Origin: Acidipila sp.
GTDB lineage: Bacteria; Acidobacteriota; Terriglobia; Acidiferrales; UBA7541
Length of the DNA stretch: 64,000 bases
NCBI GenBank assembly: GCA_010365215.1
Contig: JAAFGT010000023.1
Coordinates: forward strand, 30,613-94,612
Direction: 5' to 3'
In this document: piece by piece, positions 10,727 through 19,414 of the stretch
Layout: every line of letters begins with the position of its first letter
How positions within the stretch are numbered: the stretch's first letter is position 1
The notes under the pieces: model-generated
Database searches by the model: none
Seen by the model: the letters and a program-made list of their open reading frames with translations, nothing else
What the model was told of the DNA's origin: nothing
Program-made: the position numbers and the translations under genes

Positions 10727-11764
10727 TTAGTTGCGGAACGCCTGCGCGGCTTCCACGCAAGCGCGAAGCTTATCAATCGCTTCGTCCACGCTGCGAGTCT
10801 TCAGTCCGCAGTCCGGATCGATCCACACCTGCTCCTGGGGAATGATCGAGAGCGCCTGCTTGATGCGCTGGCGCACTTTGGAGCCGTCTTCGAGCAAGTG
10901 CGAGTGCACGTCCAAAACTCCGAAGCTGATGTCTTTGGTGAATTTGTGCGTGCGGAAAAGCTCCAGCAACCGCATGTCGCCATTGGACATTTCCAGATCG
11001 AAGTTATCCACCGCCAGCTCCAGCATCTTCGGATAGATGTGCTCAAACGCGCCGTAACAGGCATGGGTAATGAAGTAGGCGTCAAGCCCGCTGGTTACCG
11101 CTTCCATCGCTTCGAGCGCGACGGGCAGTTCCTCGGGCCGTACCGAGAGCGCCGGCTCATCGAGCTGAATAATCTTGCAGCCCGCGGCAATCAACGCTTC
11201 CACTTCCTTGCGCAAAACGCCGGCAAACGCCAGACACGTGGCGCGGCGGTCGGAGTAATGCTCGTTGAAGCTCCAGTCCATCATCGTGTAGGGGCCGGTA
11301 AGCATTCCTTTGACCGGTTTCTTGGTGAGACCCTGTGCGTACTGCCACCACTCCACTGTTGTTGGTCCCGGCCAGTTCACTTCACTGGTGACGATGGGTT
11401 TGTGGTAGTAGCGATTGCCATAACTGCGCACCAGGCCGCTGCGAGTAAATCCGGGCCAATGTTCCGAGAAGTAAGCCACCATGTCGCCGCGATACTGCTC
11501 GCCATCCACCAGGACGTCGATGCCCAGCTCATCCTGCTTTGCAATCCAGAAAGCGGTGGCCTTTTTCTCGAGTTCGCGCAACTCCGCCGCGCCAAGCATT
11601 CCCTTCTTAAGATCGGCGCGTGCCTGCACCAGGTAATCGGGGCGGGGAAGGCTGCCCACCGACGTGGTGGGAAACAGCGGAAGCTTGACGCCCAGTTTTT
11701 CGAGTTTCGCGCGGCTCATGGTCGATTTTCCATCGCAGTCCAAGTTAGCACAGGGATACATCAC
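10727..11764 (-). CDS. Cobalamin-independent methionine synthase, catalytic C-terminal-half homolog (split MetE)
   Basis: 345 aa. Has SVGSLPRP, VDGEQYRGDMVAYF, KGMLTGPYTMMDWSF and IQLDEPAL. Zn-ligand positions are THACYG (His, Cys), DLEMS (Glu) and DPDCGLKTR (Cys). The start is uncertain (GTG 11764, ATG 11761 or ATG 11719). Confidence 0.85.
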   Translation of the reverse strand: MMYPCANLDCDGKSTMSRAKLEKLGVKLPLFPTTSVGSLPRPDYLVQARADLKKGMLGAAELRELEKKATAFWIAKQDELGIDVLVDGEQYRGDMVAYFSEHWPGFTRSGLVRSYGNRYYHKPIVTSEVNWPGPTTVEWWQYAQGLTKKPVKGMLTGPYTMMDWSFNEHYSDRRATCLAFAGVLRKEVEALIAAGCKIIQLDEPALSVRPEELPVALEAMEAVTSGLDAYFITHACYGAFEHIYPKMLELAVDNFDLEMSNGDMRLLELFRTHKFTKDISFGVLDVHSHLLEDGSKVRQRIKQALSIIPQEQVWIDPDCGLKTRSVDEAIDKLRACVEAAQAFRN

Positions 11765-11806
11765 TCCGCGACGTGCAGCGGCACTACTCAGCCCAGAGTG
11801 GCTGTG

Positions 11807-12841
11807 TTACAGACCAGCTGCCGCGCGAATTTCTCCCAGAAGTTCCAGCTTCAGTTGCGCGCGGTCACGCGGCAAGTACTCCAACCCGCATGAGGTGCCC
11901 AGATAAGCCAGGCCACCCGTAATCTTCGGCAGAAGTTTTTCCACCTGGCGGGCGATGGCGCCTACATCTTCGAGGCGGGTATTGCGGCCATCCACTAGAC
12001 CAAGTCCGAGCGGTTTAGGCGAGCCAGCGGAGGCCACCAGTTCGGCCAGTTTCGGATTGTAGGTGAAATCCAAGCTGAGAACATCCACCGGCAGCGCCAC
12101 CAGCTTTTCGTACAGCGCTCCCGCATCGTGAAAATAGACGCACAGGCAGATCTCAATCTGTTTTCCCTTCTGCTTCAGGCCGTCGCGAGTACGAAGAAGA
12201 GTACCCAGGCCCTGCACGAACACCTGCCAGTCTTCTGGATACTTCAAAATGGCGGGCTCGTCTACCTGGATACGTTCAGCGCCGGCATCGGCCAACGCGT
12301 GCAGTTCAGTTGCCAGCGCCGTGGCGTAGGCTTGCACGCGCGCCTCGAGCGCGCTCATTTCCGGATACTCGGCCAGCGAAAATTTCGCCAGCGTATAAGG
12401 GCCGGTCAGCACCGCTTTCACCTTGAGCTTACCGGCCTTCCCGGTGGGGGTGGCCAGCGTTCCCAGAGCGTTGCACGCAAACCGAAACTCGTCGGCGACC
12501 AATGCGCGGTGGCGCTCCGGTCGCGCGGTCAGCACCGGCTGGCGAAAATAGGAATTGGTATCGAAGAATCGCAGCAATCCGTCAATTCTTACTCCGGAAA
12601 GTTTTTTGGCCAAGTGGGAGATGGGATCGTACCAGCGGGTCTGGCCGTCGGTAATTACATCGAGGCCGGCGCGCGCCTGTTCCTCGATGGCCAGCCGGGT
12701 CATGGCGTTTTCGGCGTCGGCAAGATCTGCTGCTGTTTTTTCGCCGCGGTCCGCGGCAGCAAATGTGCGCCGCAGGATTTGCAGCTCGGCGGAATCACCA
12801 ATCCGGGGGTAGCTTCCGGTGCTGGCTAGCAACAAATTCAT
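11807..12841 (-). CDS. MetE N-terminal-half homolog (folate-binding half of split MetE)
   Basis: Start trimmed to MNLLLASTGSYPRIG (ATG 12841). Motifs parallel the E. coli MetE N-half: FDTNSYFRQP, VLTGPYT, IQVDEPAIL, YFHDAG, GLVDGRN and GTSCGLEYLP. The 129 upstream codons of the track ORF are Arg/Ala-rich junk that overlaps the next gene. Confidence 0.8.
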   Translation of the reverse strand: MNLLLASTGSYPRIGDSAELQILRRTFAAADRGEKTAADLADAENAMTRLAIEEQARAGLDVITDGQTRWYDPISHLAKKLSGVRIDGLLRFFDTNSYFRQPVLTARPERHRALVADEFRFACNALGTLATPTGKAGKLKVKAVLTGPYTLAKFSLAEYPEMSALEARVQAYATALATELHALADAGAERIQVDEPAILKYPEDWQVFVQGLGTLLRTRDGLKQKGKQIEICLCVYFHDAGALYEKLVALPVDVLSLDFTYNPKLAELVASAGSPKPLGLGLVDGRNTRLEDVGAIARQVEKLLPKITGGLAYLGTSCGLEYLPRDRAQLKLELLGEIRAAAGL

Positions 12842-13797
12842 CGTTCCGCGGATTCCTTGCCACGCTCGCCGGCCAGGGAGGCCCCATCCATTTCCGGGAT
12901 GCCAAGAAAATCGATCTCCGGAACGCTGGGGATCAACCCGGCGGCGTGCCCGCGCGTCAGTAGCTCGCGCACGGCGCGGCGTCCGCGCTCGCCCAGGCTG
13001 AGCGTCCATTGATTTACATACATGCCGACAAATTTGTCGGCCAGGTCGTAATCCATGTTGCGCGCGAATTGCATGGCGTAATTGAGCGCGGCGTCGCGAT
13101 GCTCCAGAGCATACGAAACGCTTTCCAGGAGCACGCGCGCAATCTTTTCGCCGTCCTCGCGACCCAGCGCGCGCCGCACCGCATTCCCGCCCAGCGGAAG
13201 CGGCAAACCTGTCTCTTCGCGCCACCATACCCCGAGATCCAGCACCTTGTGCAGCCCCGTCTCGCCGAACATGAGCTGCCCCTCGTGAATCAGAAGGCCC
13301 GCCTCGACCGTGCCGTTCGAAACGGCATCCATAATTTTATCGAAGGGCATCGGTACCGGCTCGCAGCGCGGCTCGTACAGCTTCAGCGCCAGATACGAAG
13401 TGGTCAGCAGACCCGGAACGCCGATGCGCCGACCCGCCAGATCATCCGCTTTCAGGCCGCGCGCCGCCACTACCAGCGGGCCGTAGCCGTCCCCCACGCT
13501 CGAGCCGCAGTCCAGCAGCACATATTTTTCCGCAAACACCGGGTAGGCCGAAAAACTCACCGCGGTGACGTCGTATTTTTCTTCCCGCGCGGCTTGATTC
13601 AGCGTTTCAATGTCGGAAAGGACATGCGTGATTTTCATTCCCGGCGCGCGCACTTTGTTCGTCGCCAGGGCATAGAACATGAAGGCGTCGTCGGAATCCG
13701 GTGAATGCGCCAGGCTGATCGGCTTAGTTCCAGACGACCGCGGCGACGAGCGGGGGCGCTCGCGATTGGAGTCTTCGGATTGAGGATTGTTCGGCAT
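12838..13797 (-). CDS. MqnA/MqnD family protein (PF02621-like, periplasmic-binding-protein fold)
   Basis: ISLAHSPDSDDAFMFYAL...ITHVLSDIETLNQAAREEKYDVTAVSFSAYP...YVLLDCGSSVGDGYGPLVV matches my memory of the 1,4-dihydroxy-6-naphthoate synthase (MqnD) N-terminus. The stop overlaps the next start (ATGA at 12838-12841). The start is uncertain (ATG 13797 or GTG 13884). The N-terminal tail is rich in Ser, Pro and Arg. Confidence 0.65.
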   Translation of the reverse strand: MPNNPQSEDSNRERPRSSPRSSGTKPISLAHSPDSDDAFMFYALATNKVRAPGMKITHVLSDIETLNQAAREEKYDVTAVSFSAYPVFAEKYVLLDCGSSVGDGYGPLVVAARGLKADDLAGRRIGVPGLLTTSYLALKLYEPRCEPVPMPFDKIMDAVSNGTVEAGLLIHEGQLMFGETGLHKVLDLGVWWREETGLPLPLGGNAVRRALGREDGEKIARVLLESVSYALEHRDAALNYAMQFARNMDYDLADKFVGMYVNQWTLSLGERGRRAVRELLTRGHAAGLIPSVPEIDFLGIPEMDGASLAGERGKESAER

Positions 13798-13922
13798 TTC
13801 GTGATACGTGCCGCGCGCAAGCTCGGCGGGGATAGAACCAGGTCTTAAGGAAAGCGCGGCCAATAACCGACGAGAGGTTAGCACAATTGCTGAAGCCCAA
13901 CAAGAACGGCAGCAAAACGCAG

Positions 13923-14993
13923 CTAGAGTTGATTCACCAATCGCGCCACGGCGTCATCGAAATTTGCGCGACCTTCCAGATAGGGACGCCAGGACTGTTC
14001 GAGCGCGCGTTCATAACTCTGCCAGTCGCGCACGTAAAGCCCGTGACGGTAAGCGTAGGGCTCGTATGCGGTGGGCGGCGTTGCCGCACCCGCCATCAAG
14101 CTGCGCCGTACCACCTCGCCGGTGGTGTAGAAGAGCAGAGCATGCCACAGGTCGCGCGGGATGGGCTTGTTCCTGGCGCGGCAGTCGCGCGCGATCGCGT
14201 CGCGCACCGGCTCGGCCAGGGCGTGCGAGGATTCGTGGAACAGCACTTCGAGCGCGGATTCGCCCTGATTGCGCGCGTCGCGGCTCGATACGGTCACGCG
14301 CAAAGGATCGAGCGTGGTATAGGCGCCAAACACGCCGGCATATGTGCTGACGTCCACGCGAATGTTTCCTGCGGGCCAGGCCACGCGGTAGACGCGCGCA
14401 AGATCGCGCGCCAGCTGCGCCCCCAGGTTCTCTACCAGCGGCGCTGCGCTGGAGATCCAATCGCGGTTGGCGCGGTCGTCTTCCGTCCACCATTGCGCGC
14501 GATAAACCGGCGCGGCGCGCTCCAGCATGGCCACCAGCTCAGGCGTCAGTCCGGAGGTTTGCAAACCCTCTGCGTCGCCGATTTCTTCGAGGCGGTCCTT
14601 GATGCGCACCATCTCCATGTCGAACAACAGGTCGCGGCTGGCCCAGTGCTTCGCATAACTCTCCACCGCCGAGGTCCAGGCATGCTTCTCGGTTTCGGAA
14701 AGTTTTTCGAGTGAGAGATTTTTCTCTTCGCTGTCGGGGGGTTTTGACTGGGAGCGCGTGGTGGGCCGGTCAGCCTCGCGTCTGGCCTGCTGATAAAGAA
14801 CCTGGTGCAGGTTGATCCAAAATCCGCTGTGGAATTCGAACACCGGCAGCTTCCGGCCATAGCGGTTGTCTGGCTGGATGGGGCGATTCGATCCTTCTAC
14901 GGGCAGAGGCGCCTGCGCCTGTACGCGGGCGGCACTAAGAAGCAAAATAAGCAGGACAAATCTGGAAGCGAAGATGGGCTGAGCAACTCGCAT
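13923..14993 (-). CDS. Hypothetical secreted protein with an HExxH motif
   Basis: Signal-peptide-like N-terminus (FVLLILLLSAARVQAQA) and one HESSH motif (LEVLFHESSHALAEP). No family recognised. Start is ATG 14993, or TTG 15014. Confidence 0.55.
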   Translation of the reverse strand: MRVAQPIFASRFVLLILLLSAARVQAQAPLPVEGSNRPIQPDNRYGRKLPVFEFHSGFWINLHQVLYQQARREADRPTTRSQSKPPDSEEKNLSLEKLSETEKHAWTSAVESYAKHWASRDLLFDMEMVRIKDRLEEIGDAEGLQTSGLTPELVAMLERAAPVYRAQWWTEDDRANRDWISSAAPLVENLGAQLARDLARVYRVAWPAGNIRVDVSTYAGVFGAYTTLDPLRVTVSSRDARNQGESALEVLFHESSHALAEPVRDAIARDCRARNKPIPRDLWHALLFYTTGEVVRRSLMAGAATPPTAYEPYAYRHGLYVRDWQSYERALEQSWRPYLEGRANFDDAVARLVNQL

Positions 14994-15017
14994 TCGAAAA
15001 GCGGTAAGAACCAACGC

Positions 15018-15632
15018 TCAGGGCCGCGTCGCGGTTTCGGTCGTTCGCGTCACTGCCAGCACCGCTGCGATCTTGATCACTTCGCCTGGAAGAAACGGCA
15101 GCACGCCCAGCGCAATGGCCGCCGCCCAGCCCCTGGTGGTGGCAAGCCACGCACAACCGCACGCAAAGATCAGCAGTTGACCTGGGAGCAATGCTCCGGT
15201 GAGAAGCAGCATCCGGCGCCACTGCACTTTCGCGATGGCTGAGCGATCGAAAGAGGCAATATGCTCGGCGAGCCAGCCGGTGGTATACACAGCCGCCGGA
15301 TACGCCCACAGGTATCCAGCCGTCGGTCCCAGCAGGCGCGCCACGCCCGGTAAGCCGTATGGCTGAAAGACAGGAAGGCCGGCGGCTCCTTCGAAGAGAT
15401 AGAGCGCCGCAGCGATGGCGCCCCGCCGTGCGCCAAATGCCACGGCAATGAGCATCACGCCAAACGTCTGGCCGGTCACCGGCACCGGCGTGAACGGCAG
15501 CGGCACGGCGATCTGCGCACAGAGAATCAGCAGCAGGTTAGCGGCGGCGATGCGCAAGACGTCCCAGGCCAGTCCTTCGCTGGACTGCGGCCGGGAAAAA
15601 ACCTGCGCGGCGAATGTGCGGGCGGAACTCAT
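15018..15632 (-). CDS. bioY: Biotin transporter BioY (ECF S-component)
   Basis: IAVPLPFTPVPVTGQTFGVMLIAVAFGARRGA...GAAGLPVF is the BioY signature. Start trimmed to MSSARTF (ATG 15632). Confidence 0.85.
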   Translation of the reverse strand: MSSARTFAAQVFSRPQSSEGLAWDVLRIAAANLLLILCAQIAVPLPFTPVPVTGQTFGVMLIAVAFGARRGAIAAALYLFEGAAGLPVFQPYGLPGVARLLGPTAGYLWAYPAAVYTTGWLAEHIASFDRSAIAKVQWRRMLLLTGALLPGQLLIFACGCAWLATTRGWAAAIALGVLPFLPGEVIKIAAVLAVTRTTETATRP

Positions 15633-15720
15633 CTTTTTTCCTTGAACGCTTCCTCTAAGATTCCTTGAAAGCCAGCCTAGTATATCCGAGCAGGCAATAT
15701 CGCCGCCGGGAAAATTCCGC

Positions 15721-16680
15721 TCAGGGCTGCTGGCGGTTCTGGGGTTGCTGTCGCGCCGTACGGTCCTCGATGCGCGCGTCCGATGCAGTGGCCACAGCTC
15801 CCTGCTTGTCGCCGCCGCGTAGTGTACCGGAATCGTCGAGGAAAAAAGAGCGGCGGCCACTGGTGGGATACTCCGCGGGAGACGCGGCTAGTTCAAACGT
15901 GGACTCGGCGCCATCTGCCCCAGGCAAAATCCGGTAACGGAACGCATAACCGAATTTTTTCCCAGCGGCGAGCTCTTCATCCACCAGGGAGGCGGCTTCC
16001 GGTGATGCGCCTTCTTTCGGCGCCGGACCAAGCTGCGCAAGATTTTCCGGGAGCGCGCCAAATGCCCGCCGGTAAGTTTTGACGGCTTCGGCGAGGTCAT
16101 GCAGCGCAGCGATCGCCCGCGCTTCCCGCGTTTCCATTTCCTGAGTTGTCCACTGCCGCGCCAGTTCGGGCACGTGCAGCAGCAGAAGGCCTACGGAAAG
16201 CAATCGCCAGCTGGTGCCCTCGCGCACCAATCCAAACTCGACAGTGCGCGCTGAGGGAATCTCGATGGCAATGAATGCCAGGTTGCCCTGGACGCGCTCC
16301 GCCCCGAAGCGCATTTCCACGGGGCCCAGAGAGCTGCCACAGCGCAGCACGGCGCGGCCGTCGGCGCTTGACGTCAGCATCGGCGTGCCCTCTCCGCCTA
16401 CAGCAACCATGCGCCTCATGAGCGCGGTGCGCTGGCTGGACGGCAGCGCCAGGAAGGCTACCGCGCTTTCTCCCGGCAAGTAACGCACGAAAACGTCCTC
16501 AGTTTGCCGGCACGCCGCTACCAGCGCGGCAGTCAGCGCGCCGGTGGCAGATGTTTCCTGGCCGTCCTGCGCCCGCGCAACTTGACCCGGTGGAAATGCG
16601 GCAATAATCACGAGGCCGTAAACCAGTAACCGCTTCAGCATGCCGGCCTGCACATATTTCGCCGCGCTCCCGATTTTCAT
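15721..16680 (-). CDS. Hypothetical secreted protein (C-terminal part resembles a pseudopilin-type globular domain)
   Basis: Signal peptide LLVYGLVIIAAFPPGQVARAQ, with AGGAG 10 nt upstream of ATG 16680. The C-terminal KTYRRAFGALPENLAQLG...GYAFRYRI...FELAASP pattern recalls GspG/pilin-like folds, but there is no N-methylation motif. Confidence 0.55.
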   Translation of the reverse strand: MKIGSAAKYVQAGMLKRLLVYGLVIIAAFPPGQVARAQDGQETSATGALTAALVAACRQTEDVFVRYLPGESAVAFLALPSSQRTALMRRMVAVGGEGTPMLTSSADGRAVLRCGSSLGPVEMRFGAERVQGNLAFIAIEIPSARTVEFGLVREGTSWRLLSVGLLLLHVPELARQWTTQEMETREARAIAALHDLAEAVKTYRRAFGALPENLAQLGPAPKEGASPEAASLVDEELAAGKKFGYAFRYRILPGADGAESTFELAASPAEYPTSGRRSFFLDDSGTLRGGDKQGAVATASDARIEDRTARQQPQNRQQP

Positions 16681-16716
16681 CTCGCCATTGCTCCTGCATT
16701 CACCGAAACGTGGTGG

Positions 16717-17085
16717 TCAATGCTTCTCGCCCGCCTGCGCTTTGGCCTGGGAAAAAATGCTGGCCAGATCTTGTGTAAACTTCGATCGCGGCATTACTTC
16801 GCTGCACCCGGCGCGGCGAGCGCGCTCGGCCAGGTCCACCTGCACATGTGAAAGGAAGGCAATCACGCGCAGAGGGTTGCCCGGCGCCATTTTTTCCAGT
16901 GCCTCCGCGCCCCCCGCGCGCGCGTTGAGATCGATGACCACCAGGTCGGGCGCTTGTTGCAGCACTCGCCGGTTGAGCGCATCGCTCGTCGCCACGCACT
17001 CCAGCTCAACGCCCACATGCTTCGCCGTCTCCAGCATTTTCGCCTGGAAAAAAAGGTCATCCACAAATGCCAGCACTCGCGCCAT
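16717..17085 (-). CDS. Single-domain response-regulator receiver protein
   Basis: Start trimmed to MARVLAFVDD. The acidic pocket (VDD), phospho-acceptor context (LVVIDLN) and AFLSH are present. Confidence 0.7.
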   Translation of the reverse strand: MARVLAFVDDLFFQAKMLETAKHVGVELECVATSDALNRRVLQQAPDLVVIDLNARAGGAEALEKMAPGNPLRVIAFLSHVQVDLAERARRAGCSEVMPRSKFTQDLASIFSQAKAQAGEKH

Positions 17086-17230
17086 CTCTCCTCCGTAGCT
17101 CAGCAACTTCCCATCGTTCGATTGCGCGCTCGAATTCAAAGTCGATTCGTAAACGGGCGGCACGGTCTCTTGGCCCTCGTCCCATCCCGGTATAAGATTT
17201 GTCGCGAGGGGAGATAGCTCAAATTATTTT

Positions 17231-17497
17231 GTGAGCACGGGAAATCCCATCGTTATAACGCTCTATACCCGCGCCGCGTGCCACCTGTGCGACGAGGCCA
17301 AAGCTCAAATCCGGCCTCTGTTGCGTGAATTTGGCGCCGAGCTCCGCGAGGTCGATATCGACACGGATCCTGCTTTACGCGCCGAATACGACTACGACGT
17401 ACCGGTGATATTTCTCGGCACCCAGAAAGTCGCCAAACATCGCGTGGACCTCGCGCAGTTGCGCCGTCAAATGGCCCGCGCCGCAAAATCTGAATAA
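17231..17497 (+). CDS. Glutaredoxin-like protein (DUF836-type)
   Basis: 88 aa with a GTG start. Has a thioredoxin-fold CxxC (TRAACHLCDEAK) and a later DVPVIF motif. Confidence 0.7.
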   Translation: MSTGNPIVITLYTRAACHLCDEAKAQIRPLLREFGAELREVDIDTDPALRAEYDYDVPVIFLGTQKVAKHRVDLAQLRRQMARAAKSE

Positions 17498-17541
17498 CGG
17501 TCCGCGAGCCGTGCTTACGCTTTGCGCGGCGAAGTTTTCAC

Positions 17542-17982
17542 TTAATGTTTTTCTGGCGCGCTCGCGCCGACGCTCTGGTCGGGCACGTCACCTGGCCGCC
17601 CTTTCACCCGGTCGTAGGTGGTCACCTCGCACGTCGAGCCCAGCGCTTCGTTGTAGTAGGTGGGGATGTTTAGGGCCGTCTGCAGTTCCTCGGTGAAACG
17701 TCGCAGGCTGGCCAGCGGCCCGGCAAGCGCCGGCGTCTTCTTGCCATCAGGCAGCAGCAAAAATTTCTGGTAGCCGGCATCCCACAACCGCGTAAACTGC
17801 TCGCCCACCAGCACGCAGGGCGGCTGGGTCATTTCAAAGCGGCCTTCGGGTGTGCGGCGAAATTCCGCGGCGCAGCCGTAGCGCTCGACGCGCACGACGC
17901 CCCCCGTACTACTCACCGTCAAACCGATTTTGGGCAGCGTTTCGATCTGCGCTTTCTCGAATGGTGCGGTGATGTGCCACAT
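17542..17982 (-). CDS. Hypothetical protein
   Basis: 146-aa ORF with coding-like codon bias. No motif recognised. Confidence 0.45.
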   Translation of the reverse strand: MWHITAPFEKAQIETLPKIGLTVSSTGGVVRVERYGCAAEFRRTPEGRFEMTQPPCVLVGEQFTRLWDAGYQKFLLLPDGKKTPALAGPLASLRRFTEELQTALNIPTYYNEALGSTCEVTTYDRVKGRPGDVPDQSVGASAPEKH

Positions 17983-18131
17983 GCTTCTAATCTACGGCAG
18001 CGGCCGCAGCCTGTAAAGCGTGCGCGGGCCAATTTGGAGCTTTTCGTCGCCTCGATCGCCCCCAGAATGGCAGAGTAGTTTTCGCTAATTACAGGCATGC
18101 GCTAACGTTGCGCGCCAGCTCGGATACGCAA

Positions 18132-19414
18132 ATGAAAAATATGCGTACGAAAGACTCGCGAACGCAACTTCTTTTAATGGACGCGCTCGCTGCTCGTCGC
18201 CAGGAGATGAACGAATTTACTAAGGAACTCGTCGCCATACCCACCGAGAATCCACCGGCGAGAGCCTATCCCGCATGCGTCCGGGCAATCGCAAGAAAGC
18301 TTCGGCAACTTAAACTCCCATGCGAAATCCTCGATATCCCGGCGGCCGCGGCGCTGCGGCGGCCGTACTTGGGGAAGTCGGACGGTCACGCCGTACTGCA
18401 ATTCATTCGTTGCTCTTACGGGCGCAGCTCTTACGGCCGCGGTAAAAAGACGCTCTATTTTCACGGCCACTACGATGTTGTGCCGGCGCAGAGCCCTGCG
18501 CAGTTCCGCCCGCGCGTTCATTTGGGCAAGCTGATTGGCCGCGGCGCTTCCGACATGAAGAGCGGCCTGGCGGCCATGATCTTCGCCGTTCACGCCCTCA
18601 ATGAATGCGGCATCGAGCTTGACGGCCGCGTGGCTCTCTTCCTGGTGCCTGACGAAGAGACTGGTGGCGCCGCAGGCTCGGCCCACGCGCCGGGATTCTG
18701 GGCGCCAACGGCCTCGCCATGTTCACGGCCGAGCCCACTGGCGGCGTCATCTGGAACGCTAATCGCGGTGCGTTATCCCTGCGAGTAACCGTGAAAGGTA
18801 GAGCAGCCCACGTAGGATTGCAGCATATGGGCTGCAATGCTTTTGAAAAAATGCTAGTGGTCATGGATGCGCTGCGCGCCTTGAAAACCAAGGTCGAAGC
18901 GCGGAAAACAAAATTTAACATTCATCCCGCCGCTGCCCGCCACTCGATCCTGATGCTCGGTGGACGGGCCCAAGGCGGCGAGAATTTCAATGTGCTTCCC
19001 GCCGAGTTTTCGTTTACCCTCGACCGGCGCATCAATCCCGAGGAGGACTTGGCCGTCGAAAAGGCGGCAGTCTTTGCCGTATTGGAAAAGTGCCGGCGCA
19101 AGGGAATCCAGCTCGACGTTGAAATCATCCAGGAAGGCATTGCCGCAGGCGTTTCTTCGACTCATTTCACCGCTCGCAGGCTGGCGGAGTCCGTCAATGC
19201 TGTCACCGGCAAGCCCGCGAGAATGGAAATGTGTCCCGGACTTCTGGAAAACCGTTTCTACACGGCGTTGGACATTCCCGCAATGGCGTATGGGCCAGGG
19301 CTTCTCACCGTTTCTCATGGGCCGCACGAGTTCGTACCGCTCGCAAGAATCTCCGAATGTGCCGCCATTTACGCGCTGGCTGCCGCGCGAATCCTTGCTC
19401 CCGGCTCGCACTAA
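18132..19414 (+). pseudogene. M20 family peptidase (ArgE/DapE-like) interrupted by a single frameshift
   Basis: The N-terminal part in frame 0 (HGHYDVVP, GRGASDMKSGLAAM, LVPDEETGGAAGSAH) runs to a stop at 18786-18788. The collinear C-terminal part is in frame 2 (RAGILGANGLAMFTAEPTGGVIWNANRG...VKGRAAHVG...), which is open from 18653. The junction is placed near 18684-18692. Confidence 0.7.

Noticed and set aside
10325-11893. 522-aa plus-strand ORF across the ggt end and the metE C-half
   Set aside because: The sequence is Arg/Pro/Ala-rich and low-complexity. It overlaps two minus-strand genes that have clear homology.
11807-13228. Long N-terminal extensions of track ORFs: 473 aa for the metE N-half, 421 aa for M20 at 4019-5284, 423 aa for M29 at 46089-47360, and 280 aa for bioY
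   Set aside because: The extensions are Arg/Ala/Gly-rich and overlap the upstream gene. Internal starts restore normal family lengths and give compact or overlapping operon junctions.
17088-17110. tRNA-like string CCGTAGCTCAGC in the gap between the receiver gene and the glutaredoxin-like gene
   Set aside because: It resembles only a D-arm. I could build no acceptor stem, anticodon arm or GTTCRANNC T-loop around it.
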